A stretch of 64,000 nucleotides of DNA from Eledone cirrhosa. Lineage: Eukaryota. The notes below the pieces were generated by a model, which was not told where the DNA came from, ran no database searches, and worked only from the letters and a program-made list of their open reading frames with translations. Location of the stretch: contig OZ024748.1 of assembly GCA_964016885.1 (NCBI GenBank), positions 48,608,001 through 48,672,000 on the forward strand. Reading direction: 5' to 3'. The position numbers and the translations under genes are program-made. This document shows positions 39,652 to 53,655 of the stretch, piece after piece; the stretch's first letter is position 1, and each line of letters begins with the position of its first letter.

Positions 39652-40110
39652 ATCATCGTTTTAATGTCTATTTTTCATGCTAGCACGGGTTAAATGAGTT
39701 GTCTTGGTGTGAGATAAGTCAGATCAGATGACTGGGTTTTGCTCATAGGGATTTGACACCAATCACATTTACAGTATGGACTGGTGCTTTTTATTGTGAC
39801 AGGTTGGACTGGGTACTTATTCATTGTCATCAACATGACCACCATTACAGGGTGGGCCGGGGGCTGTTTGTCTTGTCATCGACATGACCAGTTTACAGAA
39901 TAGACTGGATGCTTTTTGACATACCACCAACACGACCAAAATTACAGTGTGTGCTGGGTGCATGGACTGGCTGCTTTTTGGCATGTCACCAACACAACCA
40001 GTATTACAGGGTGTGCTGGGTGTTTGTTATTTTTGTTGTCACCGGCGCAACCACCTAATAGGGTTGATTGGGTGCTTGTTGTCACGTCATCCACACGATC
40101 ACTTTACATA
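39652..40110 (-). mobile_element. RTE/SINE 3' tail with degenerate sub-repeats of about 45 bp
   Basis: catcgttttaatgtc...catgctagcacggg; repeated tacag..tggactgggtgct-like units. Confidence 0.6.
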
Positions 40111-40836
40111 ATGGTTGCTCATTCCTAGCAAAGGTTTGTGTTCCCTAATTTTCTCCTTGTTGGTAATCACATCTCAGATTAACTTTTATTCTTTACATTC
40201 CTCTCTATGGGCTAAAACGCAGCCAAATGTCTCTTTAATCTCATCTCCTCCTTACCATCACACACCAATTTGTGACATCTATCCATGGGCCATGGACTAC
40301 AGATGGAGTCGTAGTAGTGCCGTTGTAGCATATGACATGGTGTATCTTGGGCATTTAAAAAAAAACTAGTCAGAACACATACCTCCCCTGAACACAGCCA
40401 ATTTCTTCCAGAGAGAGAGAGAGAGAGAGATATATCATCATCATCATCATCATTTCATTTTACGTCCGCTTTTCCCTGATTTTGGCTTGATTTCTACAGC
40501 TGGATGCCCTTCCTAACACCAACCTCATTTACATATATATATATATATATGGAGACAACTTTATTTTCAATGTTGCAATACAACTTAGTGATAAGGAGAA
40601 TCACTTTTCAAATAGCAACATCGAAAATAAGTCCGCCTACATGTTACTGGGTTGTATTACCTAAAATGCTGTCTGAGGAAGTTGTCAATAATTACATAAT
40701 GGTATTGATTATCATGTTGACTCTGCCTTTCATCCTTACAGGGTCGATAAAATAAAGTACCAGTAATGCACTGGGATAGTACCAGTAATGCACTGGGATA
40801 ATTGCTGGCCTTGTGCCAAAAGTAGAAACAATTATT

Positions 40837-40887
<51 letters not shown>

Positions 40888-41727
40888 GTATGTATAAGTG
40901 TATATATGTGTGTGTGTGTATATATATTTTTCTGTGTATAAATATATATGTATATATGTATACGTGCGTGTGTGTGTGTGTGTGTATGTATGTGTATATT
41001 TAAGTATATATATATATGTATACACATATATATACACATATCTATATACATATAAATACACACATATTTACACATATATGCATGCATACACACACACACA
41101 CATATAGACATATGCTGTCATCTTTTTCTAGTGTAAATGAAGTAAAGTTGAAAGGATGTATCTGTTCTCTGAAAATAAGACATGTCCATGGAGATTTAGT
41201 AAATATTTTAGAGTCAGTCCTTTTATGTTTTAGCTGTATTATTCACACGAGGGTCATGTTAAAGATAAACATAGAAACTGTAGTAACTTCCTCTGTTTGT
41301 CTGTTTGTCTCTCACAGTTCCCCCATCCCTAAACCTTCACATAATAATATATCAGGGGCAATCTTCTTAGTTTTTATATTTGGGTTTTATATAAGTTGTC
41401 TTTGGATATTTTCAATGTGTGTGTATCCAATCCATGAAGTGGTTGTGTTGGTGCCACGATAAAATGGATCCTGTACACTCTATAAAATATTAATGCTGAT
41501 GTCACAATAGAATTGTCACAGCCCACTCTGTGAAGTGGTAGTGTTGGTGCTGCAATAAAAAGCACCTAGTCCACAATAAAATGTGCTGGTACACTCTATA
41601 AAGTGGTTGGCATTAGGAAGAACATCTAGCCATAGAAGCTATGCCAGTCAAATGTTGGACTATGACAACCCATTCAACCCATGCCAGCATAGGGAACAGA
41701 TGTAACATTATTATGATAATGATGAGA

Positions 41728-42125
41728 GTGGTGGATTGACAGAATTGGTAGAGTGTCGGACAACATACTTTGTGGCGTAGAGTTACATCTCTTTACGTTC
41801 TGAGTTCATATCCTGCCAAGGTTAGTTTTGTCTTTCATCCTTACAAGATTGATAAATTAAAGTACCAGTCACACACTGAGGTCAATTCAGTCGACTTCCC
41901 CCTCTCCCAAAAATTACTGGCCTTGTGCCTAAATCAGAAACCATTGGGCAGTGGTTTGGCAGTATCGGTAGAGTATCAGATGCCATGCTTTGCAACATAG
42001 TTATGGCCCTTTACGTTCAAATCCTGCTGAGGTTAGCTTTGCCTTTCATCCTTACGGGGGTCGATAAAATAAAGTACCAGTAATGTACTGGGTAATTGCT
42101 GGCCTTGTGTCAAAAGTAGAAACAT
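41728..42125 (+). mobile_element. Two tandem family A SINEs
   Basis: Core ctttcatcctta...gataaa..aaagtaccagt, twice. Confidence 0.8.
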
Positions 42126-42139
42126 TATTATTATAATGA

Positions 42140-42460
42140 GGGTAAAGAGGTAAAGACCCTCTTCAGCCACGAATGACCATGGGATTTGTACCTAGAAAGT
42201 TCCTTTCCGAGGCACAAGTCTGGGCAAGGTTGTTTGTGGAAGACCAGCAGACACCCATACATACCAGCCTACCTATCTTCTCCACATCACCAATGATGTC
42301 CAAGGGAAAGGCAATGGCTGATACAGCTTGACATCACAACTCATTTCTACTGCTGAGTAAACTAGAGCAACGTGAAATGAAGTGTAATGCTCATCACCTG
42401 GTCTGAGAATCAAACTCACAACCTTCCAATTGCAAACCCAATGCTCTAACCACTAGCCTT
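42140..42460 (-). mobile_element. tRNA-derived SINE with CORE-like head and a distinct tail
   Basis: ctagagcaacgtgaaatgaagtgt...gctctaaccactag is the reverse complement of the SINE head and body. Confidence 0.65.
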
Positions 42461-43787
42461 CACTTATGATGATATATTATGTGTAAAACATGAGAAAGAT
42501 GAATGGTAAATGGCAATAAATTTTTTTATCATGACTTGGCTGAAACAAGTTTTACCCAGCAACAACATTTTCAATCAGACTAACATAGAAACAATGTGAT
42601 AGTTACATCTCTTGATTAGCTATTAAGTATGTAGGTGATAACATCTGCAATCTATTAGAAATTTTTATTTCAATTAATAAGATTAATTAAAAAAAAAGTA
42701 TCTTCTTCCTTTCATAGACTTGATTAAAAATAAAATAAAATAAAATAAAATAAAATCGTCTGCACATTGTTTAGAAAATGTTGAACTTATTTCAATAAAA
42801 TGGCTGACCCTGTTTATCCTGTTTATCATTACTGTTATATAGTAACTCACTCCTCTTACTACTACTCCCTCCTCCTGTTTCTCTTCCCTCTTACTATTCC
42901 TCCTCCACCTACTGCTGCCCTTCCCTGCTCCTTTTCCTCTCCCCTACTCCTACTCTTCTACCTCTTCCTCCTCGTCCTGTTTGTCTTAATCCTCCTCCTT
43001 GCTCCTCATTCTCTTCCTCATCATCACTATTTAACCTCTATTTTCCATTCCTGCTTGGGTTAGATGGGTTCTTACTGAGGGCAGATAGGTCATGTGACTA
43101 TGTCTTGTTTGTAAGCTCTATTTTTCAGCTTGGTTTTCTATAGCTAAATGCCCTTCCTAACACCAACCATTTTACAGCATGTACTGGGAACTTTTTTTGT
43201 GGTACCAGCTCTACCACCTTACAGGCTGGACTGGGTGCTTTTTGTCATTTCACCAATATGACCACCTTATAGAGTGAAGCAGGGTTGTGTCCTGACACCG
43301 ACTCTCTTCACCATTTCATAATCATCGTTTGCAAAGTCAAAACCGTGATTTACTTAGTTTTTTAACCTAAAGTGGACATTCATAAGCTTTGTCTGTCTGT
43401 TTTGAGTTAAAAACCCCTTTCTGTGGCCTCCTTCCTTAATACCTTGAAATGAGATGATCACTTTGTAATTTGAGTAAGATTTAAGGGAGTATGTGTTTAT
43501 CTATAAACAGTTGCCCTAAATATCTCTAATTATAATCCTTCTCATTTCTACAGTATTACTAATTGTGATAAAGGAACAACAAAAAGTAATTAGTTAAATC
43601 ATGTTTATGTTCCAAATTGCAATATTTTTCTCAACCCTATCCTTTTGTTTCCTTTGAAGTCTTAGCTGTCCTTCAGAACACAAAATGGCTGACTTTTATC
43701 AGGTGCTTTTTATAAAAAAAAAATTTTTCTGGTCCTTCGTTTTCTCTCTCTGTCTATTTTTCTATTTCATCTTTATTTCTCATTCTA

Positions 43788-43823
43788 TCTTCTGATGAAG
43801 GACTGGTGTCTGAAACTCAAAGA
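43788..43823 (+). ncRNA. Degenerate minimal HHR motif
   Basis: ucuu-CUGAUGA-aggac/gucu-GAAAC-UC-aaaga; stem III appears to lack a base. Confidence 0.35.
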
Positions 43824-44194
43824 CTATTTTCCTACTATATCAAGTGTTGAACTAATATATTTCTTTAATGTACTGTGTTGTTTACTTTGGTGTTTCTTTT
43901 TACTTTTTGCATATACTTTATTTATATGGACACAGACATTGCTGAGTGGTTAAAAAGTTTGCCTTGCAACCATGAGGTTCCAGGTTCGATCCCATTTTGT
44001 GGCATCTTGGTGTGTCTTTACCATAGCTTTGGGTTGACCCAAGTCTTGTGAGTGAAATTGGGTAGATGATAACTATGTGCAAGCCTATTGGATAGATTGT
44101 ATTAGATGCTTGGGAATTACATTAAGGGTACATGTCTCTGTAGGAATACTTGAACAACTGCAGGTTTATTGTTGAAACCAACGAAGGATCTATC

Positions 44195-44720
44195 AACATC
44201 ATCTTCATCTGATACCTATTCTCCATGCTTGCATGGGTTAGACAGGCTGTTGTGTGGTCAGGTGGTCACATTCTGGTTTTGGCTTGGTTTCTATGACTGG
44301 ATACCCTTTCAAATTTCAACCACTTTACAGCAGAACTGAGAGCACTTTGTCTTTGCACGAGCACTACAACATTACAGGGTGAACTGGGAGCATTTTGTTG
44401 TGGCACCAACATGCCTACCATACAGGGTGGGCTCAGTGCTTTTTGTCATGGCACCAAGCACTACCCCCTTATAGGGTGGACTGGGTACTTTTTGTCATGG
44501 TACCAACACTACCACCTTACTGGGTGGATTGAGTGCTTTTTATCTAGGCACCAGCATTACCACCTTACAGGATAGACTGGGTACTTTTTGACATGGCACC
44601 GAGCACTACCCCTTTACAAGGTGGACTGGGTGCTTTTTGTCATGGTACCAACACTACCACCTTACAGGGTGGACTGGGTGCTTTTTGACATGGCACCAGC
44701 ACTACAGCACTAGCACCTTA
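44195..44720 (-). mobile_element. RTE/SINE 3' tail with about 8 degenerate 45-46-bp sub-repeats
   Basis: ccatgcttgcatgggttagac; repeated caccttacagggtggactgggtgctttttg.catggcacc. Confidence 0.75.
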
Positions 44721-45180
44721 CATATATATACAAAAGTAAATCATTTATAAATTTTCTTTCTTACAAAAGAAGAAAGTTGTTGAAAGGCAAATACTATTTC
44801 TCTGCATTTCTTGCTGTTTAATAATAACAACAATAATAATAATAATACATTTTCCAGTTGACAGTAAACAATACACTTGAAATGTAATCCATTTAATGTG
44901 CAGGTTTTCAGGTTTTTTTTTTAGATGTCAGCTACTAACATGATATGATAGAACTAGAAAAGAAAGAAAGAATAAAATCAAATCATTTATAAAAAAAAAA
45001 CAAGAATGAAGTTTAATAAATTGTTTGAACCTGTGAGATAGTTATTTCTTTTGAAAAGCACCACAACACAGTAACTTGTTTCTTACTAGTTTTAAACTTA
45101 GCTCCTTATACCATTCTTTATTCATTCTGTTTACTTATTTATTTTATTTATTATTATTATTATTGTTATTATTATTATTG

Positions 45181-45858
45181 TGGTGGATTGGCAGTTTAAT
45201 CATCTTTCCCCAACCCTCAAATTATTGACCCTGTGTCTAAATTATAAACCACTGGCAGTATCGGTAGAGTGCCAGACACCAGGCTTCATGGCATAGGGTT
45301 ACAACCCTTTACCTTCTGATTTCAAATCCTGCTGAGGTTAGCTTTGCCTTTCATCCTTATGGGGTCGAAAAATATAGTACTGGTAATGACTGGGGTAGAT
45401 TTAATCGACTTCCTCCTGCCCTTCAAATTGCTGGCCTTGTGCCTAAGATAGAAGCAATTATTATTTTTATTATTATTAAAGACAAGAAAGGGGTGCCCTT
45501 CTTGGGTGCTCTTGAAGTGTCAGGTGGGGTACTTGAGTTGCCCCTGGGTGGTTTGTATTTTATTGTTTATTATTATTGTATTTTTTTTTTTTTTACTTGA
45601 TTCTTTTGTAAAAAGCCCCACTGTCCCTATATGTAGGTCCTTGTGGCCAATAAAGATTGGCAGTATCGGTAGAGCATCAGACATGCTTTGTTGCATATAG
45701 TTACGTCCCTTTATGATCTGAGTTCAAATTCCACCGAGGTTAGCTATACCTTTCATCTTTACAGAGTTGATAAAATAAAGTACCAGTAATACACTGTGGT
45801 TGACTCAATCTACTTTCTCCTTCCAATTGCTGGCCTTGTGCCCAAAGTAGAAACAACT
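45181..45858 (+). mobile_element. Family A SINE copies (about 45181-45458 and 45654-45858)
   Basis: ggcagtatcggtagag...ttcaaat...cctttcatc. Confidence 0.75.
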
Positions 45859-47321
45859 GTTTCTTTGTTTATTTTTTTATAGCAGAATCATGTTGGGAAA
45901 GTTTGTGGTGGAAAGTAGGTGAAAGTAATGTAAACAAAAGATTTACTGAAGCTAAACACATCTGTAATTATATGGGGTTTATTTATTATTAGTTAAATAA
46001 TGTGTAAAGAATTACTGTTTGAGGTTATAGTGTCAGCTGACCCTACTCTCTCCCACATCACACAGATACACACATACATACACAGACAGATATACACATA
46101 CACTGAGAGGCAAGTGCACCCCCCCCCCCCTCTCTTGTCTTAGGAGGCTTAAAACTAAACTATAACAAAATGTTTCTGAGAAGAAGAATGGAGCAATGAA
46201 AACCTGTTTTGGTCAGATGTGGCTACAGAACTGCTTTGGCCACTTCTAAATGTGGAGATACAAACCAGAATATAGAGTAACTTTGCTACTCAACTGACCA
46301 ATCCTTGCAGCTCAAAAGACCTTAAATACAAAGAGCTATGTGGAGAAGCGGAAAGCTGTTTTATGTTCACTATGTATATATATCCAATCCAAGGCTTTCT
46401 CACTCCTATTGGAGGAGCCCCTCCCTAGTTGACTTCCTCTGCTTTCCATTTGGTTTTGGTCACCATGCTTGGCCAATTGTAGTTTGGTGAGGCTATTTAA
46501 CTCATAGTTGGGGTGGATGGTTATTGATTGAGGAATTCATCAGCCCTATTTACAGTTCGTTTTTTTTGTGCTGCTGGGGTTTCATTTACTTTCCTCACCA
46601 GACCCTGGTCTGGTGGGGGAGATGGTTTAGTTGCTGACCACTTGACCATGAAGAAAGTTGTACTAGGTTTACATGGTGCCAGTAGAAAGCAGGAGCCTGA
46701 CCTGACATATTTATTATAACCAATGCAAAGAGCTCTGTGAAGAGATGGGAAGTTCTTATATGACATCATAAGAAGTATTAAATAATAGCACACATCAGAG
46801 ACCATAAAGGTTTCATTGCCTCCAAATGTCTTTTTAGACCATGAATCTACATGTTGGAAGTTCTTCTTTAAGGCGTTACCTGGAGAATGTTTTGGTGGAA
46901 GACCAGCAGTCACCCATCCAAGGGAAAGGAAAAGGATGGCGCAGCTTGGCGCCAATGTTGCTGCAGTTGGGTTGGTATTATAGTGATGGGCATTAGAGTT
47001 TTCTCCCTTACATTAAGAAATGGGGCTTCGTGTGGAACAGAACGATTAAGTTTTACAGCTTTTTTTTTATAATTGATTAAAAAAAAGTTTTTTCCCAACC
47101 ACATATCTTCAAAGCCACACTGTTTAATACTGGCGGTTAGAGGGGGAGTGATTATGTGTGTGTAAATATATCTTATTACTTGCCTTTGTGAATGTGTGAT
47201 ATATGTTTTTTTGCTTTACAAAATTAGAAGTCTGTGTATTTATGATTTATATGGATGTATGCGTTGTCTGTGTGTGTTCTTCTAAAGCTTCTTAGTGATT
47301 TACTGATCAAAAGAATTTTTT

Positions 47322-47390
<69 letters not shown>

Positions 47391-48089
47391 CTCTCTTTCC
47401 TGTCTCAAATCCTATGTTAACAGCTCAGTTTTAGGTAGTTACCATGGGAACAAAGTGTACAAATGATTGAAATTCTTGGTCAGCTTGACATGTCACTAAT
47501 TTTTGTTTGTTTGTTATTGTTATTGTTGTTTACACAACAAACTACCTGCAAATTGCTTTAATCTGACTTGGGTCATACAAAATACCTGCTGTTTGACACT
47601 TTTACTAATTTATTCAAACTGAGAAATAATCTTATTAATTGCAGATTGTGTTTCTGTTAAGGCTTTGTCTCCCAGTATATAACAAATTGTACTCCATTGC
47701 AGATTGTGTTTCTGATGTCTTTGTCCCCCAGTATATAACAGATTTGGCAGTGAATTGGCAGAGTTGTTAGATCATCAGATAGAATGCTTTGCACTATTCA
47801 TTCCAGCTCTCAGGGCTTCATATTCAAATCCCACAGAAGTCAACTTTACCTTTCATCCTTTCAAGGTTGTTAAAAAAAGTACCAATATATTCCTAGGGTT
47901 GATTCTTCTCCTATATAATTCTTTCTTACTTCCTCTCTATCACTCTTTCTCTCTTTTTTTTCTGGAAGAAATAGGTTGCGTTCAAACCTGGAGAAGAAAT
48001 GGGCTCTGCAAAGTTGAAGATGCTTGGGACACAGAGTTTGTCCCTTCAGTACTCCTACAGCACCCTAAAAAATTATGGATCCATTACAT

Positions 48090-48335
48090 ATTCATCATCA
48101 TCATCGTTTAACGCCTATCTGCCACGCTAGCATGGGTTTAGACAGGAATTGTCCCACTTGAGGCAAGATTGATTAGGTGACCGTGTCTCGCTCGTATAGA
48201 ACTATCTGGCAGGTTTTCTATGGCTGGATGCCCTTCCTAATACCAACCACATTTACAGTGTGGACTGGGAGCCTTTTTACCATGTCTCTAACACGACCAC
48301 TTTACAGCGTGGACTGGGTGCTTTTGTTGTGACAC
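48090..48335 (-). mobile_element. RTE 3' UTR/tail fragment
   Basis: Reverse complement closely matches about 24260-24476. Confidence 0.75.
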
Positions 48336-49134
48336 ATACACATTATAGTTTGTATCTCAGTTAACCCTCAATATATTACAGATTCTACTCCATTACAGAT
48401 CTACTACAGTTCCATAATATTTCTGTAGGTTTCCATCTAAGATGGGAAAGATTCATGACTTTTTAATTTAGTTTATTGAACTTTTTTTTAAAAATAAAAA
48501 TAAAAAGTAGGTTTTATATACCATCAAGTAAGGCAAGATGGCGTGTTGAACTGAACTGATACCTTGGGTCCCATGTGGCCCAGTGTAGCCAGAGATAGGA
48601 AGGGGTGGGGGTTAACAACAACTGGTTCCTTGAACAGGAGTGAGAAGGACCTGGGTTTGGATTTTGTATTTGGATCTGGATACTGTAACATCCGGTGGCA
48701 GTGGTATCTGTGTGTGTCTATGTAGACTGTGTTATTGACAGATTTAAAGTGTTGTTGGTTGTAGTGGTCTGTATGGCCAGAGATAGGAAGCAGCGGAGGT
48801 CAACCAGGGAGGGGTTCCTCCAACAGGAGTAAGATGCCCCTGGATTTGGATATGGATGGTGTATCATCATCTGGTGGTAGCTGTGTGTCTATGTAGACTG
48901 TGTTAGTGACAGATTTAAAGTGTTGTTGGTTGTGGTCACAGTGCCGAATTGATGATGAAACAGTAACCAGAGTTTTATTGATTGAAGCATCTCTCCAGTT
49001 CTTGAAATATATCCAATGTCTCATTAAGCATATTTAACACAGCTCCAGGCCTGGAAATATATTGGGAATGTTGCATTTGAAGGTGATCTTAAAATAGACC
49101 AGGGAAAACTGTACTGTAGATGTGCTGAGAGATG

Positions 49135-49520
49135 AAGTTGGTGGTGATAGTGGTAGTGAGGTGTGGTGGGGTGTTAGTGGGGATAGTGGTGGTCTGGTGG
49201 TGATGATAGTGGATGTGTGGTGGTGGTGGTGGTGGCGGATGTGTGGTGTGGTGGCGGGTGTTGTGGTGGTGACGGTGGTAATGAGGTGTGGTGGGGTGTT
49301 AGTGGGGATAGTGGTGGTCTGGTGGTGATGATAGTGGATGTGTGGTGGTGGTGGTGGCGGATGTGTGGTGTTGTGGTGGTGACGGTGGTAATGAGGTGTG
49401 GTGGTGGTGGTGATAATGAGGTGAGGGTAATAGTGGCAGTGATAGAGGTGGTAGTGGGGGTTATGATGTGAGGGTAAATAGTGGTGGTGATAGTAGTGGT
49501 AATAGTGGTGGTGGGTGGTT
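49135..49520. repeat. (GGT)n-rich tract with an internal duplication of about 127 bp
   Basis: gaggtgtggtggggtgttagtggggatagtggtggtctgg at about 49158 and 49283. Confidence 0.8.
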
Positions 49521-49618
49521 AGGTGATAAAATGAAGAAGGAAAAGAACAACATTATTAAGAATGTTTTTGTTAAAACTGAACCATGAATTTCTGACAGTA
49601 TTTCTCTCTACTAAATAA

Positions 49619-49801
49619 TTGTTTCTACTTAAGTCACAAGGCCAGCAATTATCCAGTGCATTACTGGTACTTTATTTTATCGATCCTGTAAGGATGAAAG
49701 GCAAAGTTAACCTCAGCGGGATTTGAACTCAGAATGGCAAGGGCCGTAACTCTATGCGTCAAAGCATGGCGTCCGACCCTCTACCGATACTGCCAATCCA
49801 C
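49619..49801 (-). mobile_element. Family A SINE
   Basis: Reverse complement of 31431-31615. Confidence 0.88.
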
Positions 49802-49854
49802 TGCTAAATAATGGAAGATAATTTAACTTGTACCATAAACTGATATAACTGTTG

Positions 49855-50222
49855 TGTTACTGGTTACCTGGACCCTGGTGTATTACTGGTTACTTGGACC
49901 CTGTTGTATTACTGGTTACCTGGACCCTGTTGTATTACTGGTTACTGTTGTACTACTGGTTATTTGGACCCTGTTGTATTACTGGTTATTTGGACCCTGT
50001 TGTATTACTGGTTGCTTGGACCCTGTTGTATTACTGGTTACCTGACCCTGTTGTATTACTGGTTATTTGGACCCTGTTGTATTACTGGTTATTTGGACCC
50101 TGTTGTATTACTGGTTGCTTGGACCCTGTTGTACTACTGGTTACCTGACCCTGTTGTACTACTGGTTATTTGGACCCTGTTGTATTACTGGTTGCTTGGA
50201 CCCTGTTGTATTACTGGTTACT
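49855..50222. repeat. 26-bp minisatellite
   Basis: Unit ttactggttatttggaccctgttgta, about 14 copies. Confidence 0.93.
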
Positions 50223-51444
50223 GACATTATAATCCAGTCAAAATTTTGTTGTTTATTTTAAAGTTTCATGTTTATTTCTTCTTATTTATTTCTACTTACC
50301 AGCTTTTGTTTTCTAATTTTTGAGAGGGAAAAAATTAATTACAGTGAAATTTATTCCAACTTAAGAATAAAGTAGAACAGTAGTCTTATTATATTATATG
50401 ATATTATCAAGGCCATTTAAGAAGATAATGAAAGAAATGTTATCCATACAGTCTCATAGTCTCTGATATTTATTTTTTTATTATGCCAGTCGGATTTTTA
50501 AAAATCTTTTCTTTTAGCCAAAAGTCATCTCTATTTGCAGAGTTAAAGACATTGTTTGTCAAAGAGATAATGTTGTTTTTTTTAGCTCTACTTAGTTTTA
50601 TTATGTGATGTGATACAAGTGTAATGTCAAGGACTTGTTACATATCTTTATTGTTGATCCTAGTTTAATGGAAAAATGATAATCTCCCACAATCCCATTA
50701 CTTCTGTAGACCTCACCAATGTATGTAAATGAGATGGGTGTCCCCCCCCCCACTCCACCTCTGCTCAAGAAGACAACACACAACCCAGTCTAGGAATTGA
50801 ACCCATAGCATTATGATGGTAAATCCAACAGCCTTACCTTTAAAATAGGTGATTTTATTTCATAGAACCAGAGCTGGTTGTGGCTGGGGTTCATCACTAA
50901 AAGGGTTAACAAATTTCCTAACCATCCAGCAATCCCTTCACCAATATTGTTATAACCTAATATAACATTTTACTTCTGTTGTTGAACCCCACATTTACCT
51001 TGGTCCCTTCCAGATTTTTATTAGCTGCTTCTTAGCTACCATGTTTCTTTCAATCTTCTAGTAATTAAAGTAAATAAATAGAACTTACTTATAGGGGCTT
51101 CACTCCATAAAGAAAGAAGACATTGTCACATTGAGTAAATAGCCATTATCACTTCGGCTTCTTTCACTCTCTCACTCTCCACCTCACCTTCTCTCACACA
51201 CACTCTCTCTCACTCTCTCTCTCACTCTCTCTCACTCTCTCTTACTCTCTCTCTCACTCTCTCTCACTCTCTCTCACTCCCTCTCTCTCTCACACGCTCA
51301 CACACTCTCTCACACGCTCACACACTCTCTCGCTCACTCTCACACACTCTCTCTTTCTAACACACACTCTCCACCTTGTCCTCTCCCACTCACCCACCCA
51401 AACCTGCTCTTCTTTTACGTTTATATTCATCTCTGCATTTCTCA

Positions 51445-51485
<41 letters not shown>

Positions 51486-51563
51486 CACGGTGTCCCCCAA
51501 AAATATATACATACTTTTATTAGAATGCTGATGAAGTGTGTTATACATTTTTGGGACACCCTG
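51486..51563. mobile_element. Tiny Tc1/mariner-type MITE (about 78 bp, almost only TIRs)
   Basis: TA-cacggtgtcccccaaaaatatatacatactt ... aagtgtgttatacatttttgggacaccctg. Confidence 0.65.
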
Positions 51564-51571
51564 GATATATA

Positions 51572-52152
51572 ATATACAAGCCGAGAAGTTCAAATACCTT
51601 GGTTCAATACTTGAGCAGACGGCAGGGGGAAGTTGGGAAATAAGGGCGAGACTAGCAACTGCAAGAACAGTCCTGAGCACACTCAACAACCTTTGGAAAG
51701 ATAGAGCTCTTACAAAGTCCATCAAAAAGAAAGTAATCAAAACATTAGTATGGCCGGTAGCTATATATGGTCATAGACTTTAAAGGAATCTGACTTGAAA
51801 TGTCATGCTATAGGTGTGCACTTAGAGTTAGCTGGACAGATCACAGAACAAATGAATCTGTCCTGGAAGAGATTGGTGCCAATCGACAGTTGGTTGAAAC
51901 TGTAAAGAAAAGGTAACATCAGTATTTTAGTCATGTCATCAAGGGCCCAACATTTGACTACCACATCCTTGAGGGACGAATACAGGGGAAAAGGGACAGG
52001 GGACAACAGAAAAGGAGATGGACAGATGATATTAAGGAATGGACAGGAAGGAGTTTGGTGGAATGTACGGCAATGGCAAGAGACGGGAAAAGATAGCGAG
52101 TGCTGGTCCATAAGTCCATGACCCCCAGATATGAGGATGGGATGAGGCTAGG
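51572..52152 (+). mobile_element. RTE-clade LINE 3' fragment, second subfamily
   Basis: EKFKYLGSIL...EIRARLATAR...LWKDRALTKSIKKKVIKTLVWPVAIYG, then a frameshifted VSWTDHRTNESVL...RWTDDIKEW. Confidence 0.85.
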
Positions 52153-52194
<42 letters not shown>

Positions 52195-52321
52195 AAAGTT
52201 ATATTTAAATTGTTGGGTTACAACTAGTAAATATTTATAACTGATATAAAAGCACTCAACAAATATTTGGAGTATATTTACAATATTAAATAAATGGAAA
52301 CTATATTTATAAAACCATATT

Positions 52322-52387
52322 TATTTCATTATATATATTTCGGGGATATCATATTAACAATATGCTATGCCTTCCTCAGACAATATT
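52322..52387 (-). ncRNA. Minimal type-I HHR motif (left arm)
   Basis: Minus strand: auauugu-CUGAGGA-(cauauu/aauaug stem II)-cGAAA-uauaua-UA-augaaaua. Confidence 0.55.
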
Positions 52388-52393
52388 ATATTG

Positions 52394-52461
52394 TATTTTG
52401 TCTGAGGAAGGCATAGCATATTGTTAATATGATATCTCCCCGAAATATATATCATGAAATA
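52394..52461 (+). ncRNA. Minimal type-I HHR motif (right arm)
   Basis: uauuuugu-CUGAGGA (52402-52408)-stem II-GAAA (52442-52445)-uauaua-UC-augaaaua; AUC site. Confidence 0.6.
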
Positions 52462-52498
52462 AATATGGTTTTATAAATATAGTTTCCATTTATTTAAT

Positions 52499-52539
<41 letters not shown>

Positions 52540-52983
52540 GCAGAGAAAGAGAGAGTTTCTGATTTTGTGTGAGTGTTCCCCTTTTGCCCTATATCAATGT
52601 GTGTTTATATTTATATTCGTGTGTGTGTGTATATATATACACACACACACACTTGCATATAAACACGCACACATATAAAAGCACATGTACACAGTTTCTA
52701 TTCTGTATGCGTGCCTGTCTTTTTGCTCTCCCCCCTCTTCTCTACTGCTTACATAAATACACAGGCTATCATTACTTTCATTGGGATGCCCCCCCCCCCC
52801 CCCCCTCCATTTTTCAGTCATTATTTGTAACTTCTACACCCTTCCACCCTTATTCACTTCTACTTTTCTAGTCCTTTCTATTTTATCTCCTCCACTTTCT
52901 ATTCATTTTCCTTATGCAAACCCATCTTCCTCCTCCCCATCCTGCCGTTTCCAAAGCAAGAAGTATTAAACCTACAGAAGGGG

Positions 52984-53025
<42 letters not shown>

Positions 53026-53399
53026 TATATTCTGTGTTATAAAGAAATTACAGCACATTTAGAAGTCTAACTCTTTAAACAGGAATGCTGTCAACAAACG
53101 GAGAGAAAATGCAATTTAAAAAAGAACATAAATGGTAGCTGTTTGTGTAAAGAAATAAGTGAGCAACACTGGAAAGTTCAGCTAAGCTATAAAGCTTTTC
53201 ATTTTCACTAAAAATATATTCTTCTCTGAACAAGGTTTAGAAAAAATGTTAATGTCCAGGCTTTATTTAGTGTAGTCTTGTCTAGTTTAGTTGTATATTA
53301 GCAATGTGCAGTTGTTTCTTATCTCAATTGTAACTGCAGCAATGTGGAATCTATTGAAGCAACTAAAGACAATTATGTTGTTCTTGTTTGTCTTCTTCC

Positions 53400-53655
53400 T
53401 CTTCTCTTGCTATTTTTCCCACTTATTCCTAAGTGGGTCGTGTGTGCAGAGTCCCCCAACATGCCTTTTTCTGGGTCCTGTCAGAAGCATCTGTCACCAG
53501 TTGATCAGACTAGACCCCCAAGCAAGACCAGCTGAGCTCACGGATGTTATCTGGCCATCTTGCTTGAGGTCTATCCCTGGGTTTCCTGTCGGTTGGTTTT
53601 TCCTGTAAAATCTGCCCAGTGATTCTTTCCTTAGACATTCTAACTACATGCCCAT
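53400..53655 (-). mobile_element. RTE LINE 3' end fragment, third subfamily
   Basis: Minus strand reads GHVVRMSKERITGQI...RKPRDRPQARWPDNIRELSW. Homologues at 55885-56050 (+) and 6385-6455 (+). Confidence 0.65.

Larger units (their letters stand above)
52194..52504. mobile_element. AT-rich Penelope-like element with an inverted repeat (52279-52504), inside (TA)n
   Basis: Arms of about 105 bp; 52195-52345 is the reverse-complement homologue of about 61686-61832. Confidence 0.75.

Noticed and set aside
46521-46955. 144-aa ORF with a signal-peptide-like start
   Set aside because: The N-terminus derives from a SINE fragment (gtggaagaccagcag..., compare 42236-42330); the rest is unrecognisable.
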